Virus record (IMG/VR): IMGVR_UViG_2617270940_000005
Span: 1 to 31,295 of that record
Direction: 5' to 3' (one strand)
From: a virus
Lineage: Duplodnaviria > Heunggongvirae > Uroviricota > Caudoviricetes
DNA: 31,295 nt
A program made the position numbers and the translations under genes. Shown piece by piece: positions 19,181-28,107 of this stretch (position 1 is its first letter; every line of letters begins with the position of its first letter). The notes under the pieces were generated by a model. That model did not search any database, was not told where the DNA came from, and saw only the letters and a list, made by a program, of their open reading frames with translations.

Positions 19181-20056
19181 TCAAATTTTTACATTGGTCA
19201 GCGCGGCGATAGCTTTGTCGTGCTTGTTCGCCAGAGAGCAGTACCACTTAACGCGGGTACGGGTTGCGTCTTTGTTCTGAACAGTACCGATGTTCTCAAC
19301 AACGATACCAGCGTTTTCACCGCCATACAGACCGGTCACACCGTTCTCTTCGGACAGGTGCAGACAATAGATGCTTGCTTTGCCCGCGTCAGTCGGGATG
19401 AAGTCGTTCACGATGAAAGGTACACCGTTGTGGCACAACATCGGTCGACCGAAGTTTTCCATCATAATTTCGGACGGGCCGATATTAACGGTACGCAGCA
19501 GAGCGCGATAAGCACGCAGATGCTCGGAGCGCATCATGATGCAGTCCGCACCCAGATCTTTCACCGCGTCGACCAGTTCGTCGAACATGGAGAAGGTCAT
19601 GGAAGCGCCTTCGATGTCGATCTTCTGATCGTCGTGCATCAGTTTCGGAATACCGTCGAACGCTTTGGTGTTGGTGCTGGAGTCGCCCAGAATCAGGTTG
19701 CGGCGGAATGCGCGAGCCAGACCTTTCACCTTCTGACGAACCTGGATTGCCAGCTGGTTGTTGGTGTCGGACATAGTGGTCGCCAGGAATTTGTCGACGT
19801 CTACGTCGCCTGCCAGGATACGTAGCTTCGCAACGTGTTCGCTGAAGGTTGCTGCGCCTTCAGTGATGGTGTCGTTCACATCAATGAAGGTAGCTTCGCT
19901 CAGGGTAGCTTCGCGGTTGTAAAGGTATGCCTTAGAATTAATCTTCATGAAAGGCAGAATAGCGAACAGGTCATCGCGATCGATGATGGTCTCGATCACA
20001 CCCTGCTCAAGTTCGTTATTAGACAGCTTTTCAGCTTCATCACGCAGTAATGGCAT
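19181..20056 (-). CDS. Major capsid protein candidate
   Basis: 291-aa ORF between scaffold-like and Ig-like genes; followed by a strong terminator, as expected for the most abundant structural protein. Assigned by position and size. Confidence 0.6.
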   Translation of the reverse strand: MPLLRDEAEKLSNNELEQGVIETIIDRDDLFAILPFMKINSKAYLYNREATLSEATFIDVNDTITEGAATFSEHVAKLRILAGDVDVDKFLATTMSDTNNQLAIQVRQKVKGLARAFRRNLILGDSSTNTKAFDGIPKLMHDDQKIDIEGASMTFSMFDELVDAVKDLGADCIMMRSEHLRAYRALLRTVNIGPSEIMMENFGRPMLCHNGVPFIVNDFIPTDAGKASIYCLHLSEENGVTGLYGGENAGIVVENIGTVQNKDATRTRVKWYCSLANKHDKAIAALTNVKI

Positions 20057-20082
20057 CTTTCATTTCCCTATGATTTAAGATG

Positions 20083-20979
20083 TTACTTGAGTCCGATTTT
20101 TCCCAGACCGGAGGTCAACTTATCCATAGTCGACTTGCTCTTCGGCTGGCTTACTTTGTGGGTCGGTTTGCTATTGGAACCAGCACCCTGCTTGGCTTCG
20201 CTACGCAACAGTGCGTCAGCTTCCGGATCTGCACGCAGAATGCGCTCAATCGCGGATTCGAACGGTAACGGCTTGCCTTCACCGTCAACCAGAACTGCAC
20301 GTTCTTTCTGACCGGCTGGCTTATCAAAGCCCACAACACTACCGTCTTCACCCACTTCGAAATGAGAGCCGTAGATAACGCGTGCCTTAGCCGGAGTCAT
20401 CAGAACTTTGTCACGCAGGAAAGCAGAACTGCTGAAGGAAACACCAACAGTCATTTCGACCAGTTGAGCCTTCAATGCGGCGTTCTCGCTCTCCAGAGCG
20501 GAGTAGCGTTCGTCGCGCTGTGCCAGTTCAGTCTGGTGTGCTTCGATCATCTGCTTTTTCACAGCATCGAACTCACCACGACGTTCCAGTTCAGCCTGCT
20601 CCGCCTCCCGACGTGCGGTTTCTGCGGCTTGTTCAGCTTCGAGAAGCTGACGAGCACGCGTCGGGTCAATATCACCGTACTGAGCCAGCTGATCGGCCAA
20701 TGTGCGCTCTTTCTCCTTACGCTTCATGTTCTCTTTCAACAGATCAGCACCGGCTTTCTTAGACTTACGCAGTTCTGCCAGCAACTCTTCCTGAGTCATA
20801 CCGGCATACTCGTCGTCGTCACCCTTCGGTTGCTCTTTTTGCTCGCCCTGTTTGCCTGGGTCTTGAATGCTCTGCTCATTGTCTCCAGCAGGAGCACCGC
20901 CACCAGCGCCGCCGCGCTCATGCGCTTCGGCTACATCCATCAGGCCACGACGGGCCATAAGCATTTGCCACAGATTCAT
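20083..20979 (-). CDS. Scaffolding-like coiled-coil protein
   Basis: 298 aa, Glu/Ala/Arg/Lys-rich helical region (ARQLLEAEQAAETARREAEQAELERRGE...), between portal and capsid. Confidence 0.5.
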   Translation of the reverse strand: MNLWQMLMARRGLMDVAEAHERGGAGGGAPAGDNEQSIQDPGKQGEQKEQPKGDDDEYAGMTQEELLAELRKSKKAGADLLKENMKRKEKERTLADQLAQYGDIDPTRARQLLEAEQAAETARREAEQAELERRGEFDAVKKQMIEAHQTELAQRDERYSALESENAALKAQLVEMTVGVSFSSSAFLRDKVLMTPAKARVIYGSHFEVGEDGSVVGFDKPAGQKERAVLVDGEGKPLPFESAIERILRADPEADALLRSEAKQGAGSNSKPTHKVSQPKSKSTMDKLTSGLGKIGLK

Positions 20980-21001
20980 AGAAATACCTTTTCGTTACTT
21001 A

Positions 21002-22576
21002 TCACTCGGTCTCTTGAGTAGATGAGTCCCCATTCCCTCGGGGTTGATCTTGTCCGCTTTCTTGGACTGTATCGCGATCATAAGTAAGTACTGACTTATT
21101 TTCAAGGGCGCCAGGAGCATTTTTTAGAGGAAATTTCAAGAGATCTTTTTTAAATTCCTTTTGCATCGCTTCGGAAATATTCGGGAAGATCTTTTCTATG
21201 AGCATTTCCATCTGATGACGACGTACAGAATCAGGCGCCTGTAACAGCGACAATTTCTCAGCGACGGCAAATTCGTCAGTCAGACCACGAATATCGAAAC
21301 TCTCCGGGTAAGCGATCAGAGAGTGGTCTTCATCCAATTCGATGCCCATCCATTTCGCAGCCAACTCCATCATTTGGCGTTCTGCCCTTTCGAGGCGCTC
21401 TGCTTTTGTCACCAACAGACTGTTAATACGTTGGAAGTCGTACATCTTCGCTGCCCCCGAAGAGTTGTCGATACCCTGCGCGTTATCCTGCTTGGTTCGC
21501 TCACCAGCCACACCAACGGAATGGTAGATCTCATTAATCACCGTCTTAATCGTGGTGATGATCATCTGAGCCTGTTTCGGGTCTGGAGACAGATAGAATG
21601 GCTGATTACCGCTCTCAGAATCGAAGGTGAAGACACGTTTTGTCCCCATTTCGAGCACTTTGGTGTGGTTTTCATCGCCCGGCAGCAGGGACTGAACCGG
21701 AATCGCTAACTGGCTGAATGTCTGATCCTGAATAATCGCGTCAAGGTTCGACAGGTAGTTGGCCACGGCGCGATCAAGATAGGCAATATCGTCAATCAAC
21801 GACGGGCTAAAATACGGAGACTCGCTTTCACCAATGCAATCCACCGGGAACACCGGCACCACGCCCAGATTATGCTGGCCGCTATCCTCCAGAACGACTT
21901 TGGCCTGACGGCGACCGCTATTTCCGGAACCCTTCTTCACTTCTTCACGGAACAGATACCACTCGTTTTGCGTCCACAGACGGTAACGCTGGTATTCCTG
22001 CCCGGTTGAAGTGAACGGATCTTCGTCGTCGCGCGCGATTTCAACAATCAGCGCCCACAACATATTGCCGTCTTCATCCCAGGCAACATCAAGCAGCTGC
22101 TGCGGCGAAATCCAGTAAGCGTAGGCACGCGCATCATTTTTCTTCTCGTCTGCAACAGACTCAACATCGACGTTCATCGTGCTATCCACGACAACCCAGA
22201 TACGGCCATAAATGGATGATTGCAGATCGATAGCCGCCATAAACGCATCGATGGAGGCGTTCTGGCGCGTGGCTCGCTTCCAGAAATTGCGGATCTGCTC
22301 CGGTGCTTCATCAGTGTTGCGGTGAATGACCTCTTTGAAGAGGTATTTGTTGATGAGGTTTACCACTTCGCGCGTATGATTGAAGCGATAAGCGCGTTCC
22401 AGGCGCTCTTTGAACTCCTGATCGCCCTCTTTGAAGTAACGGAAGATATTGTCGTTGAACCAGGCACGCCCGCCAGCATAGGTGCTGGCGAGGAAGTCCC
22501 AATGTTCTTTTTTCTTCTCATATTCAGGGTGGCGTCGTGCCACAAGGTCTTTGATTTGCTTATCAGTCAATTCCAT
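21002..22576 (-). CDS. Portal protein candidate
   Basis: 524 aa immediately downstream of the large terminase with a 30-nt gap; acidic C-terminus; assigned by position and size. Confidence 0.6.
   Translation of the reverse strand: MELTDKQIKDLVARRHPEYEKKKEHWDFLASTYAGGRAWFNDNIFRYFKEGDQEFKERLERAYRFNHTREVVNLINKYLFKEVIHRNTDEAPEQIRNFWKRATRQNASIDAFMAAIDLQSSIYGRIWVVVDSTMNVDVESVADEKKNDARAYAYWISPQQLLDVAWDEDGNMLWALIVEIARDDEDPFTSTGQEYQRYRLWTQNEWYLFREEVKKGSGNSGRRQAKVVLEDSGQHNLGVVPVFPVDCIGESESPYFSPSLIDDIAYLDRAVANYLSNLDAIIQDQTFSQLAIPVQSLLPGDENHTKVLEMGTKRVFTFDSESGNQPFYLSPDPKQAQMIITTIKTVINEIYHSVGVAGERTKQDNAQGIDNSSGAAKMYDFQRINSLLVTKAERLERAERQMMELAAKWMGIELDEDHSLIAYPESFDIRGLTDEFAVAEKLSLLQAPDSVRRHQMEMLIEKIFPNISEAMQKEFKKDLLKFPLKNAPGALENKSVLTYDRDTVQESGQDQPRGNGDSSTQETE
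21080..21099. repeat. Instance F of TAAGTA..TACTTA motif (inside the portal 3' coding region)
   Basis: ataagtaagt-actgacttat, 20-bp palindrome with one mismatch; a half-site gttacttatcac at 20994-21005 overlaps the portal stop. Confidence 0.5.
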
Positions 22577-22592
22577 TTGCCTTTCTTCCGTG

Positions 22593-22612
22593 TTAAGTAA
22601 GCACTTACTTAT
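22593..22612. repeat. Instance G of TAAGTA..TACTTA motif
   Basis: ttaagtaag-ca-cttacttat, overlaps the large terminase stop, ~17 nt upstream of the portal start. Confidence 0.6.
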
Positions 22613-23865
22613 CTAGATCCACCAAGAATAACACGATTTTTCACTGGATACCTACGATGAACCGGATACCCCAACGCATCCGCACTGTGCTCGACGCCGC
22701 CTGTCTTATCCATATCGCGTGAGCCTGGCTTGTAGATCACCTTCTCCAGCGAGTCGATGAGGTGTTTGCACTTCGGATCGACGTACAACCGGGTTTCGCC
22801 CGAGGCACTCATCAACATGCGGTTCACGGCGTTCACACGGTCTGCGATCGGTGGGTGTTTCTTCGGATAGTCGACTCGAAGGAAACCTTTCTCTTTGAAG
22901 ATGTCGACGTCAGATTCGCCGCGTGCGTGCTGGCGATACGCACCTGCCGGGTCAGGAAAGATAGTGACCTGAGATTTCCAGCGCCAGTATCGACGCTCCA
23001 GCTCGTCACACACTTCAGCCGTGTTAGAAGAGAACAACACCAATTCGTCCACAGCCCACAGTTCACCATTTGGCTGCGGTTGCAGGATGACCGAGGACAT
23101 AGGGTCAATGTTGAAGTCCTGACCAACCCAGATCGGAAGTTTCGGGTTGAACTGGAGTGGCTTCACATGCACATCGCGATCGAACGGGTAATAAACGCGT
23201 CCGGACATGTTTTCGAAGCTGGCCAGGTATTCCTGTGCGAACGATTTAGGGTCCATATCGTTCTTCGCTGCTTCGATTTCCGCGCTCGGTACGAACGGAG
23301 AATCGGCCGTAACGAACTGCCAGCTCTTCCACTGCCCCTTGCGTTGCAAATCTTTGTTCTGACCGATAGTCCACAGCTTGTGGAACTCGGAGAAGCCTTT
23401 TGGCGTACCGATGATCAGCGCACCGCCACGGGTGGAGGACAGTGTCGGACGCAGTACCTTGTACCAGGTGTCAGGCTTCATATCCTGAAATTCATCGAGC
23501 ACCACAAAGTGCAGTGCCACACCACGAAGCGTATCGGGCTTATCCGCACCTTTCAGCGCGATTTCAGAGCCGTTCTTCAGCACGATGGTCATCGTGGTGT
23601 CGTTTTTCTTACGAACCCATTTGCGCGGCAGAACTTCCTGCAGGTCATCCCACAAGATCTGGCGAGCCATCTGGTAAGTCGGTGCGACATACCAGACACG
23701 TTGCTTCTTCTCTTTGGCTGCCGCGCGGATGATGGTGGAGATCGACAACCGGGATTTACCCCAGCGTCGACCCGCACACACCACTTTGAAACGATGTGGC
23801 GACTGGAAGACTTGCATCTGCCCAGAATGCAGCTGTACGAGACTCAGAGACGACGGGATGGCCAT
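22609..23865 (-). CDS. Terminase large subunit
   Basis: 418 aa; Walker A VVCAGRRWGKS, Walker B HFVVLDEFQD, nuclease-domain motif WVGQDFNIDPMSSV. Confidence 0.85.
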   Translation of the reverse strand: MAIPSSLSLVQLHSGQMQVFQSPHRFKVVCAGRRWGKSRLSISTIIRAAAKEKKQRVWYVAPTYQMARQILWDDLQEVLPRKWVRKKNDTTMTIVLKNGSEIALKGADKPDTLRGVALHFVVLDEFQDMKPDTWYKVLRPTLSSTRGGALIIGTPKGFSEFHKLWTIGQNKDLQRKGQWKSWQFVTADSPFVPSAEIEAAKNDMDPKSFAQEYLASFENMSGRVYYPFDRDVHVKPLQFNPKLPIWVGQDFNIDPMSSVILQPQPNGELWAVDELVLFSSNTAEVCDELERRYWRWKSQVTIFPDPAGAYRQHARGESDVDIFKEKGFLRVDYPKKHPPIADRVNAVNRMLMSASGETRLYVDPKCKHLIDSLEKVIYKPGSRDMDKTGGVEHSADALGYPVHRRYPVKNRVILGGSR

Positions 23866-23867
23866 AG

Positions 23868-24509
23868 TCAGACGCTCCCATCACTTTCATCACCAGACGC
23901 GTCAGAATCGCCCTCAGCTTCGCTCAGTGCTTCCTCTTCGAGTGACTCAAGCAGATCGTCATCAATCAGATCCGGCTCATCATCTTCCTTACGCAGCTGC
24001 GCCACCTGGGAAGGCGTAAGTTCGCCAAATACCAGGTTCGGGATTTCGTCTTCTTCGTTCTCAGCGCGATCCATACCGAGCGCTTTCGACGATATTTCGA
24101 AGCACTTAGCGAGTGTTCCGCTGGCACGCTGGAGACTCTTCAGGTCATCTTCGATGGCTGCCAGTGGCCTGCCGTCCTTCTTGGCTGTGGCCACCTCATG
24201 CATCACCATACGACCGAGTGCGAACGCCCAATCGTCGTAACGAGTCCGGCGCTCTTCGATTTTCTCTGCACGCGCCTTCGCACGCAGCTCTGCGTCGGAT
24301 TTGAGCGACTCGCGCACCATCTTCCCAACGGAGTCCGCGCCTTTCTCTAATCCACGCTTTTTGAAATGTCTGGAGAGCGTTTCACGACGAATGCCGTACT
24401 CTTCCTCCAGCCTGGAGAGTGTGTATTCGCCGGAAGTCCACTTCGCTTCAGCTTCTGCCCACCCAGCTGGTGTCAGGCGAGTTTTGCTCTCGTCTTTTTC
24501 TACAGTCAT
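23868..24509 (-). CDS. Terminase small subunit candidate (HTH N-terminus, acidic C-terminal tail)
   Basis: 213 aa immediately upstream of the large terminase; helix-turn-helix-like TLSRLEEEYGIRRETLSRHFKKRG; AGAGGGA RBS. Confidence 0.55.
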   Translation of the reverse strand: MTVEKDESKTRLTPAGWAEAEAKWTSGEYTLSRLEEEYGIRRETLSRHFKKRGLEKGADSVGKMVRESLKSDAELRAKARAEKIEERRTRYDDWAFALGRMVMHEVATAKKDGRPLAAIEDDLKSLQRASGTLAKCFEISSKALGMDRAENEEDEIPNLVFGELTPSQVAQLRKEDDEPDLIDDDLLESLEEEALSEAEGDSDASGDESDGSV

Positions 24510-24610
24510 AGATCCCTCTAAAACACTCAGAGCGCATCCTTGCGCTTCTAAACAACTTGTTTAATTCAGTGCCTAACCAATTTGTTTTCTTGGTGTTTAA
24601 AACCGGGCTG

Positions 24611-24696
24611 GGGAGTATTCAGAACCTGCTTCCGTATATATTTAATAAGTCACTTAGTATTTATATATACGGAAGCAGGCTCTCAAACTGACTCCC
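24611..24696. promoter_or_regulatory. Long dyad-symmetry element: 17-bp perfect inverted repeat with central TAAGT-C-ACTTA palindrome
   Basis: cctgcttccgtatatat (24625-24641) and atatatacggaagcagg (24663-24679), flanked by gggagt/actccc (24611-16 / 24691-96); spacer holds taagtcactta (24646-24656). Lies between the six-gene operon and the small terminase gene. Confidence 0.6.
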
Positions 24697-24704
24697 AGAC
24701 CGAC

Positions 24705-24971
24705 TTACATCACCAGTAATTTGGCTCTGGCACGACCTAACGTGGTCAGTCCCAGCGTGCGACGGTGGTAGCCGGAATCACCGCGCTGGCGGCACATTCC
24801 TTTCTCCACCAGCCCCTTTTTCACCAGTGCGCGGATAGAGAACTGCATACTCTGTTTGGTCGTTTTGTACGGCAGCACTTCAAGCAGCTCGTCCAGATCG
24901 AGCAGATGCCCACGCTCATGGCCTAAATTGATGGTTTTGATGATGTCTTTTTGTTTGTCGGTCAACGTCAT
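24705..24971 (-). CDS. Small basic protein, possible winged-helix DNA-binding protein
   Basis: 88 aa; last gene of the coupled operon; KQSMQFSIRALVKKGLVEK looks like a recognition helix. Confidence 0.4.
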   Translation of the reverse strand: MTLTDKQKDIIKTINLGHERGHLLDLDELLEVLPYKTTKQSMQFSIRALVKKGLVEKGMCRQRGDSGYHRRTLGLTTLGRARAKLLVM

Positions 24972-24980
24972 GGCAAATCC

Positions 24981-25880
24981 TTATGCCGGTAATGCAATTT
25001 CAAGAGGTTTATTCAAAGGCTGTTTGTCGAATGCCAGCAGTGGCAGCGTGTCCGGCAGCTGACGACCAAAGTCCGGGTTTCGGTACACGCCATACAGCGG
25101 AGACGTGAAGCTCAGGTTGTGAATGTCCTTGAGCAGCTTCACGATGCTGGCCTCGTCCACCAGGCTGTCGGCAATGTCCTGAATCGTCGTGCCACGATTA
25201 CGCCCGGCTTTGGCCAGGGAACTGTTCTTGTGGTAGTCAGCGACCAGATCACGCAGCGCACGACGACGGCGAGACTCACTCATGGCGAACAGCTCTTTGA
25301 CGATCGCTTCGTTGTCGCCAGGGTCAGAACGGAAATGACGCTGGAAGACGCGCAACGCACTCTCATAGCTCTTCGGACGCTCCGGACGGATGAATTGGAA
25401 CCCTGCTTTCATGGCGAACGGGTTGTATTTGCTCATCGACGACTGGATCTCGATGATTGGCCGGTCGTGCATCCTGCTAACCAGGTTAATCATTCGATAG
25501 GAGACGCCGACACCGCGGTACTGAGTGTCAACAACGGAACGGCTGATCACGGCAAAGTTGTTGTTCACGTACCGGCCCCAATACTGGTTGGCCACGGTGG
25601 TATTGGTGGTTGGCTTCAGCTTAGGAAACATGCGATGGCGAGGCGCCAGCAGCAGTTTCGGGTAAGCCATAACCACGACGCCCACCAACCGGTCGTCCAG
25701 TTCGCAGCGATAATACGTTGGCGCGAACGGCTTACCATCCGTCTTGTAGTGCAGCGACTTCAGCGCGTGCCAGTCTTCAACCGTGCCTTTGGTAACGGTC
25801 ATACGCTCCAGAAAGTTCAGATGACGCGGGAACTCTTCCGGGCGGTAGCGTTTGATGATGATGCCTGTCATGTCGATCAC
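24981..25880 (-). CDS. Hypothetical protein with possible GNAT-like acyltransferase fold
   Basis: 299 aa; VISRSVVDTQYRGVGVSYRMINLV resembles GNAT motif A (R/Q-x-x-G-x-G/A). Track start is GTG overlapping the upstream stop; alternative ATG at 25871. Confidence 0.3.
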   Translation of the reverse strand: MIDMTGIIIKRYRPEEFPRHLNFLERMTVTKGTVEDWHALKSLHYKTDGKPFAPTYYRCELDDRLVGVVVMAYPKLLLAPRHRMFPKLKPTTNTTVANQYWGRYVNNNFAVISRSVVDTQYRGVGVSYRMINLVSRMHDRPIIEIQSSMSKYNPFAMKAGFQFIRPERPKSYESALRVFQRHFRSDPGDNEAIVKELFAMSESRRRRALRDLVADYHKNSSLAKAGRNRGTTIQDIADSLVDEASIVKLLKDIHNLSFTSPLYGVYRNPDFGRQLPDTLPLLAFDKQPLNKPLEIALPA

Positions 25881-26131
25881 CTGCGCTCGATATTGGCATT
25901 GATGAAGTCCAGGCGAAGCGATTCCATCGCCCCAACCATGACGTATGGACGCCCACCGTTATGCCAGCAATCCATAACATTGCCGTCGTTGTCGATCATC
26001 AGCAGAGCCAGGCTCTGACTTTTGCCTTCTCTTGCGTACTGGAGTGCTTCTTCCAGCAGGCGGATGACTTCAACGTTGTTGTTGTCAGTCTCTTTCGATG
26101 GCTTCAGCTCTACGATCTTCAAATCAGGCAT
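25877..26131 (-). CDS. Hypothetical 84-aa protein
   Basis: Overlaps the ATPase gene end by 8 nt and the downstream gene start; no recognisable motif. Confidence 0.45.
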   Translation of the reverse strand: MPDLKIVELKPSKETDNNNVEVIRLLEEALQYAREGKSQSLALLMIDNDGNVMDCWHNGGRPYVMVGAMESLRLDFINANIERR

Positions 26132-26762
26132 ATTCCACCTTCACACGTTCTTTGTAGTGCTTGGTGATCTGCATATCCGGGCGCAGCGCGTTCTTCAGAT
26201 CTTCGTGGGTCGTCGCCACCATTACCGTTGCGCCGACCTTACGAGCAGCACGTTGGAGGTTTGACGCCACAACCTGAGCGGTTACCCGGTCGAGAACAGC
26301 ACCAAATTCGTCTGCTGCCCAGACTTTGGCGCCGGACTCGATCAGCTTGGCGATCTTGAGACGGTATTTCTGGCCGTCAGACATCTCGGATGGCTTGCGC
26401 ACAAAAAGATAGGCGTCATTCAATCCGGCCATAGACAGCAAGCCCAGCGCTTCACTGGTGGTTTTGCCCAGCTGGTCGATGACGTTAACCTCATTGTCGA
26501 AATTAAAATTATCGATGGAGGCCACAGAAAGCCCTTCATCTTTCATCTGGCGTTGTAGCTCGCGCAGAACAACAGATTTACCTGAACCGGATTGGCCGGT
26601 GATGTACACCACATCGCCCTGCTTCACTTCCAGCTCCAGATTGTCGTAAAGCGTCCACTCTTTTTCGTCCAGGCCAAGACCGAACGATTCGGCAATCTCC
26701 AGCGTGCGCGTGGTTTTGTTCACGCGAGTCTGAAACGATACATTGATGGTGTATTTGCTCAT
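26124..26762 (-). CDS. Small ABC-type ATPase (nucleotide-binding domain only)
   Basis: 212 aa; Walker A GQSGSGKS, signature-like MSDGQKYRL, Walker B/D-loop KVWAADEFGAVLD, H-loop VATTHEDL; start ATG overlaps the upstream stop (ATGA). Confidence 0.8.
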   Translation of the reverse strand: MSKYTINVSFQTRVNKTTRTLEIAESFGLGLDEKEWTLYDNLELEVKQGDVVYITGQSGSGKSVVLRELQRQMKDEGLSVASIDNFNFDNEVNVIDQLGKTTSEALGLLSMAGLNDAYLFVRKPSEMSDGQKYRLKIAKLIESGAKVWAADEFGAVLDRVTAQVVASNLQRAARKVGATVMVATTHEDLKNALRPDMQITKHYKERVKVEYA

Positions 26763-27427
26763 GCAGCCAGCTCCCCAGAGGAAACTTTCTCCGCATACGC
26801 CACGAAAGCGTCTACCCCGCTTTCTCCCGTAATTTCTTCCATGTGGGCAAGCAAATCCCCAACCACAATGGCAGAGCCAGCAGGGAGCGTTTTAAAGCCC
26901 AATACGTCGATGACTCGGACTTCTTCAGAGGCTACTTCGCGACTGATCCCGGTGTGCTCTTCTTTCTGGCGTTCCGTCTCTTCACCCAGATCGAGCACCA
27001 GAGAGCCTGTTTCCATCTCTTCGGTCATGCTGCCAACAAGCACGTTCAGCTCTCGCTCTTCAAAACCAAAGACCTCAACGTCACCCAGCACCAGGGACTC
27101 CAGTTCCTGCTGCAATTTGATGGCGTCGTAGTCAATACTGGCCAGGCGGTTGTCTTCAAGACGCTTCGCCTTCACTTCTTCTTCGCTCAGATCGTCGCGA
27201 ACGATGACAGGCACACGCTCCAGACCAGCCAGAAGTGCCGCCTCGCGACGACCGTGACCAGTAATGATGACGTCGTGCTTGTCGACCGTGATCGGCTGGT
27301 CAAAACCGCGCTTTTTGATGGCAGCCGCCAGGTCGCGGATCTGCTGTTCGTCATGTTTTTTGGCGTTCATCTCATACGGGATAAGTTCTGCCGGGTTTCG
27401 ATATACGATTTCAAAGTTCTTGGTCAT
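26759..27427 (-). CDS. ParB/Srx-like N-terminal domain protein (second of tandem pair)
   Basis: Start refined to ATG 27427, overlapping the upstream stop (TAATG). ParB-type motif ITGHGRREAALLAGLERVPVIV; acidic helical C-terminal half. Confidence 0.75.
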   Translation of the reverse strand: MTKNFEIVYRNPAELIPYEMNAKKHDEQQIRDLAAAIKKRGFDQPITVDKHDVIITGHGRREAALLAGLERVPVIVRDDLSEEEVKAKRLEDNRLASIDYDAIKLQQELESLVLGDVEVFGFEERELNVLVGSMTEEMETGSLVLDLGEETERQKEEHTGISREVASEEVRVIDVLGFKTLPAGSAIVVGDLLAHMEEITGESGVDAFVAYAEKVSSGELAA

Positions 27428-28107
27428 TACATACGCTCCTTGTAGTAGTCGACCAGCCACACCAAGGCTTCCCCGGCGTTCTCCATTTCGTTACCGGTAT
27501 TGATTCCCTGCTCTTTGATGATGGTTTTGATGGTATCGGCGACGCGATCTGACGCATCGAACGTCACTTTGAAGCGCATCGTCTGGTGTTCAGCACCGAC
27601 TCGCTCGATTTTCTCGCGTTTGTCCTCACCGATCGGCTCGTCATCGCCGCGGGAGAGCGCTTCCAGCGCTTCAAGATCGATAACGGATGCTTTGGCGAGC
27701 GTTGCCGCCATTTCGTCGTCATACGGGGCGATATCAGACAACCGGTAGTCAATTTCAGACTGAATTTCTTCGATTAAGCGTTGCAAAGCGATCTGATCGT
27801 CTTCGCCGTAGCGCTCGTTATCGACGAGAGACATCTGTTTGGCCACCAGGTCGTTAATTTTTCCCACCGAGATGACGGGAACCGTTGAAATGCCCTGCTC
27901 CATCGCGGCACGCCAGCGATGTTCGCCACCGAGAATCTCAAAAATGCCGCCGTCCAGCTCTCGCGCCAGAATTGGCTTAAAAAAGCCCAACTTTTCGATG
28001 GAACCTTTCAGTTTTTCGAAGTTTTGCGCCCCAACGGAGTTGGTATTCCAGGGGTTCGGACGCAGGTTCGCGACTTCCACCTGTAGAATCGTAATTTTCA
28101 CATCCAT
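27427..28107 (-). CDS. ParB/Srx-like N-terminal domain protein (first of tandem pair)
   Basis: 226 aa; LRPNPWN...ILGGEHRWRAAMEQGISTVPVI matches the ParB N-terminal domain arginine-rich motif; first gene of the operon. Confidence 0.75.
   Translation of the reverse strand: MDVKITILQVEVANLRPNPWNTNSVGAQNFEKLKGSIEKLGFFKPILARELDGGIFEILGGEHRWRAAMEQGISTVPVISVGKINDLVAKQMSLVDNERYGEDDQIALQRLIEEIQSEIDYRLSDIAPYDDEMAATLAKASVIDLEALEALSRGDDEPIGEDKREKIERVGAEHQTMRFKVTFDASDRVADTIKTIIKEQGINTGNEMENAGEALVWLVDYYKERM

Noticed and set aside
19220-19825. 201-aa plus-strand ORF
   Set aside because: Antisense to the capsid candidate; no independent start signals.
22762-24240. 492-aa plus-strand ORF
   Set aside because: Antisense to the terminase genes; Arg-rich low-complexity translation with no motifs, while the minus strand carries clear Walker A/B terminase motifs.
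24705-25880. GNAT-like protein plus small DNA-binding protein as a toxin-antitoxin pair
   Set aside because: The GNAT-like protein is ~300 aa, much longer than the ~175-aa AtaT/TacT-type toxins; the gene order is toxin-first and embedded in a six-gene coupled operon; the GNAT assignment rests on one short motif.
25119-26018. 299-aa plus-strand ORF
   Set aside because: Antisense to the tightly coupled minus-strand operon; no RBS or motif support, typical of a shadow ORF.
26124-28107. Interpretation of the ParB-like proteins plus ATPase as a ParAB plasmid-partition cassette
   Set aside because: The ATPase has ABC-type motifs (GQSGSGKS, SDGQKYRL, H-loop), not the deviant Walker A of ParA/SopA, and there are two ParB-like paralogues with no obvious parS repeat array nearby.
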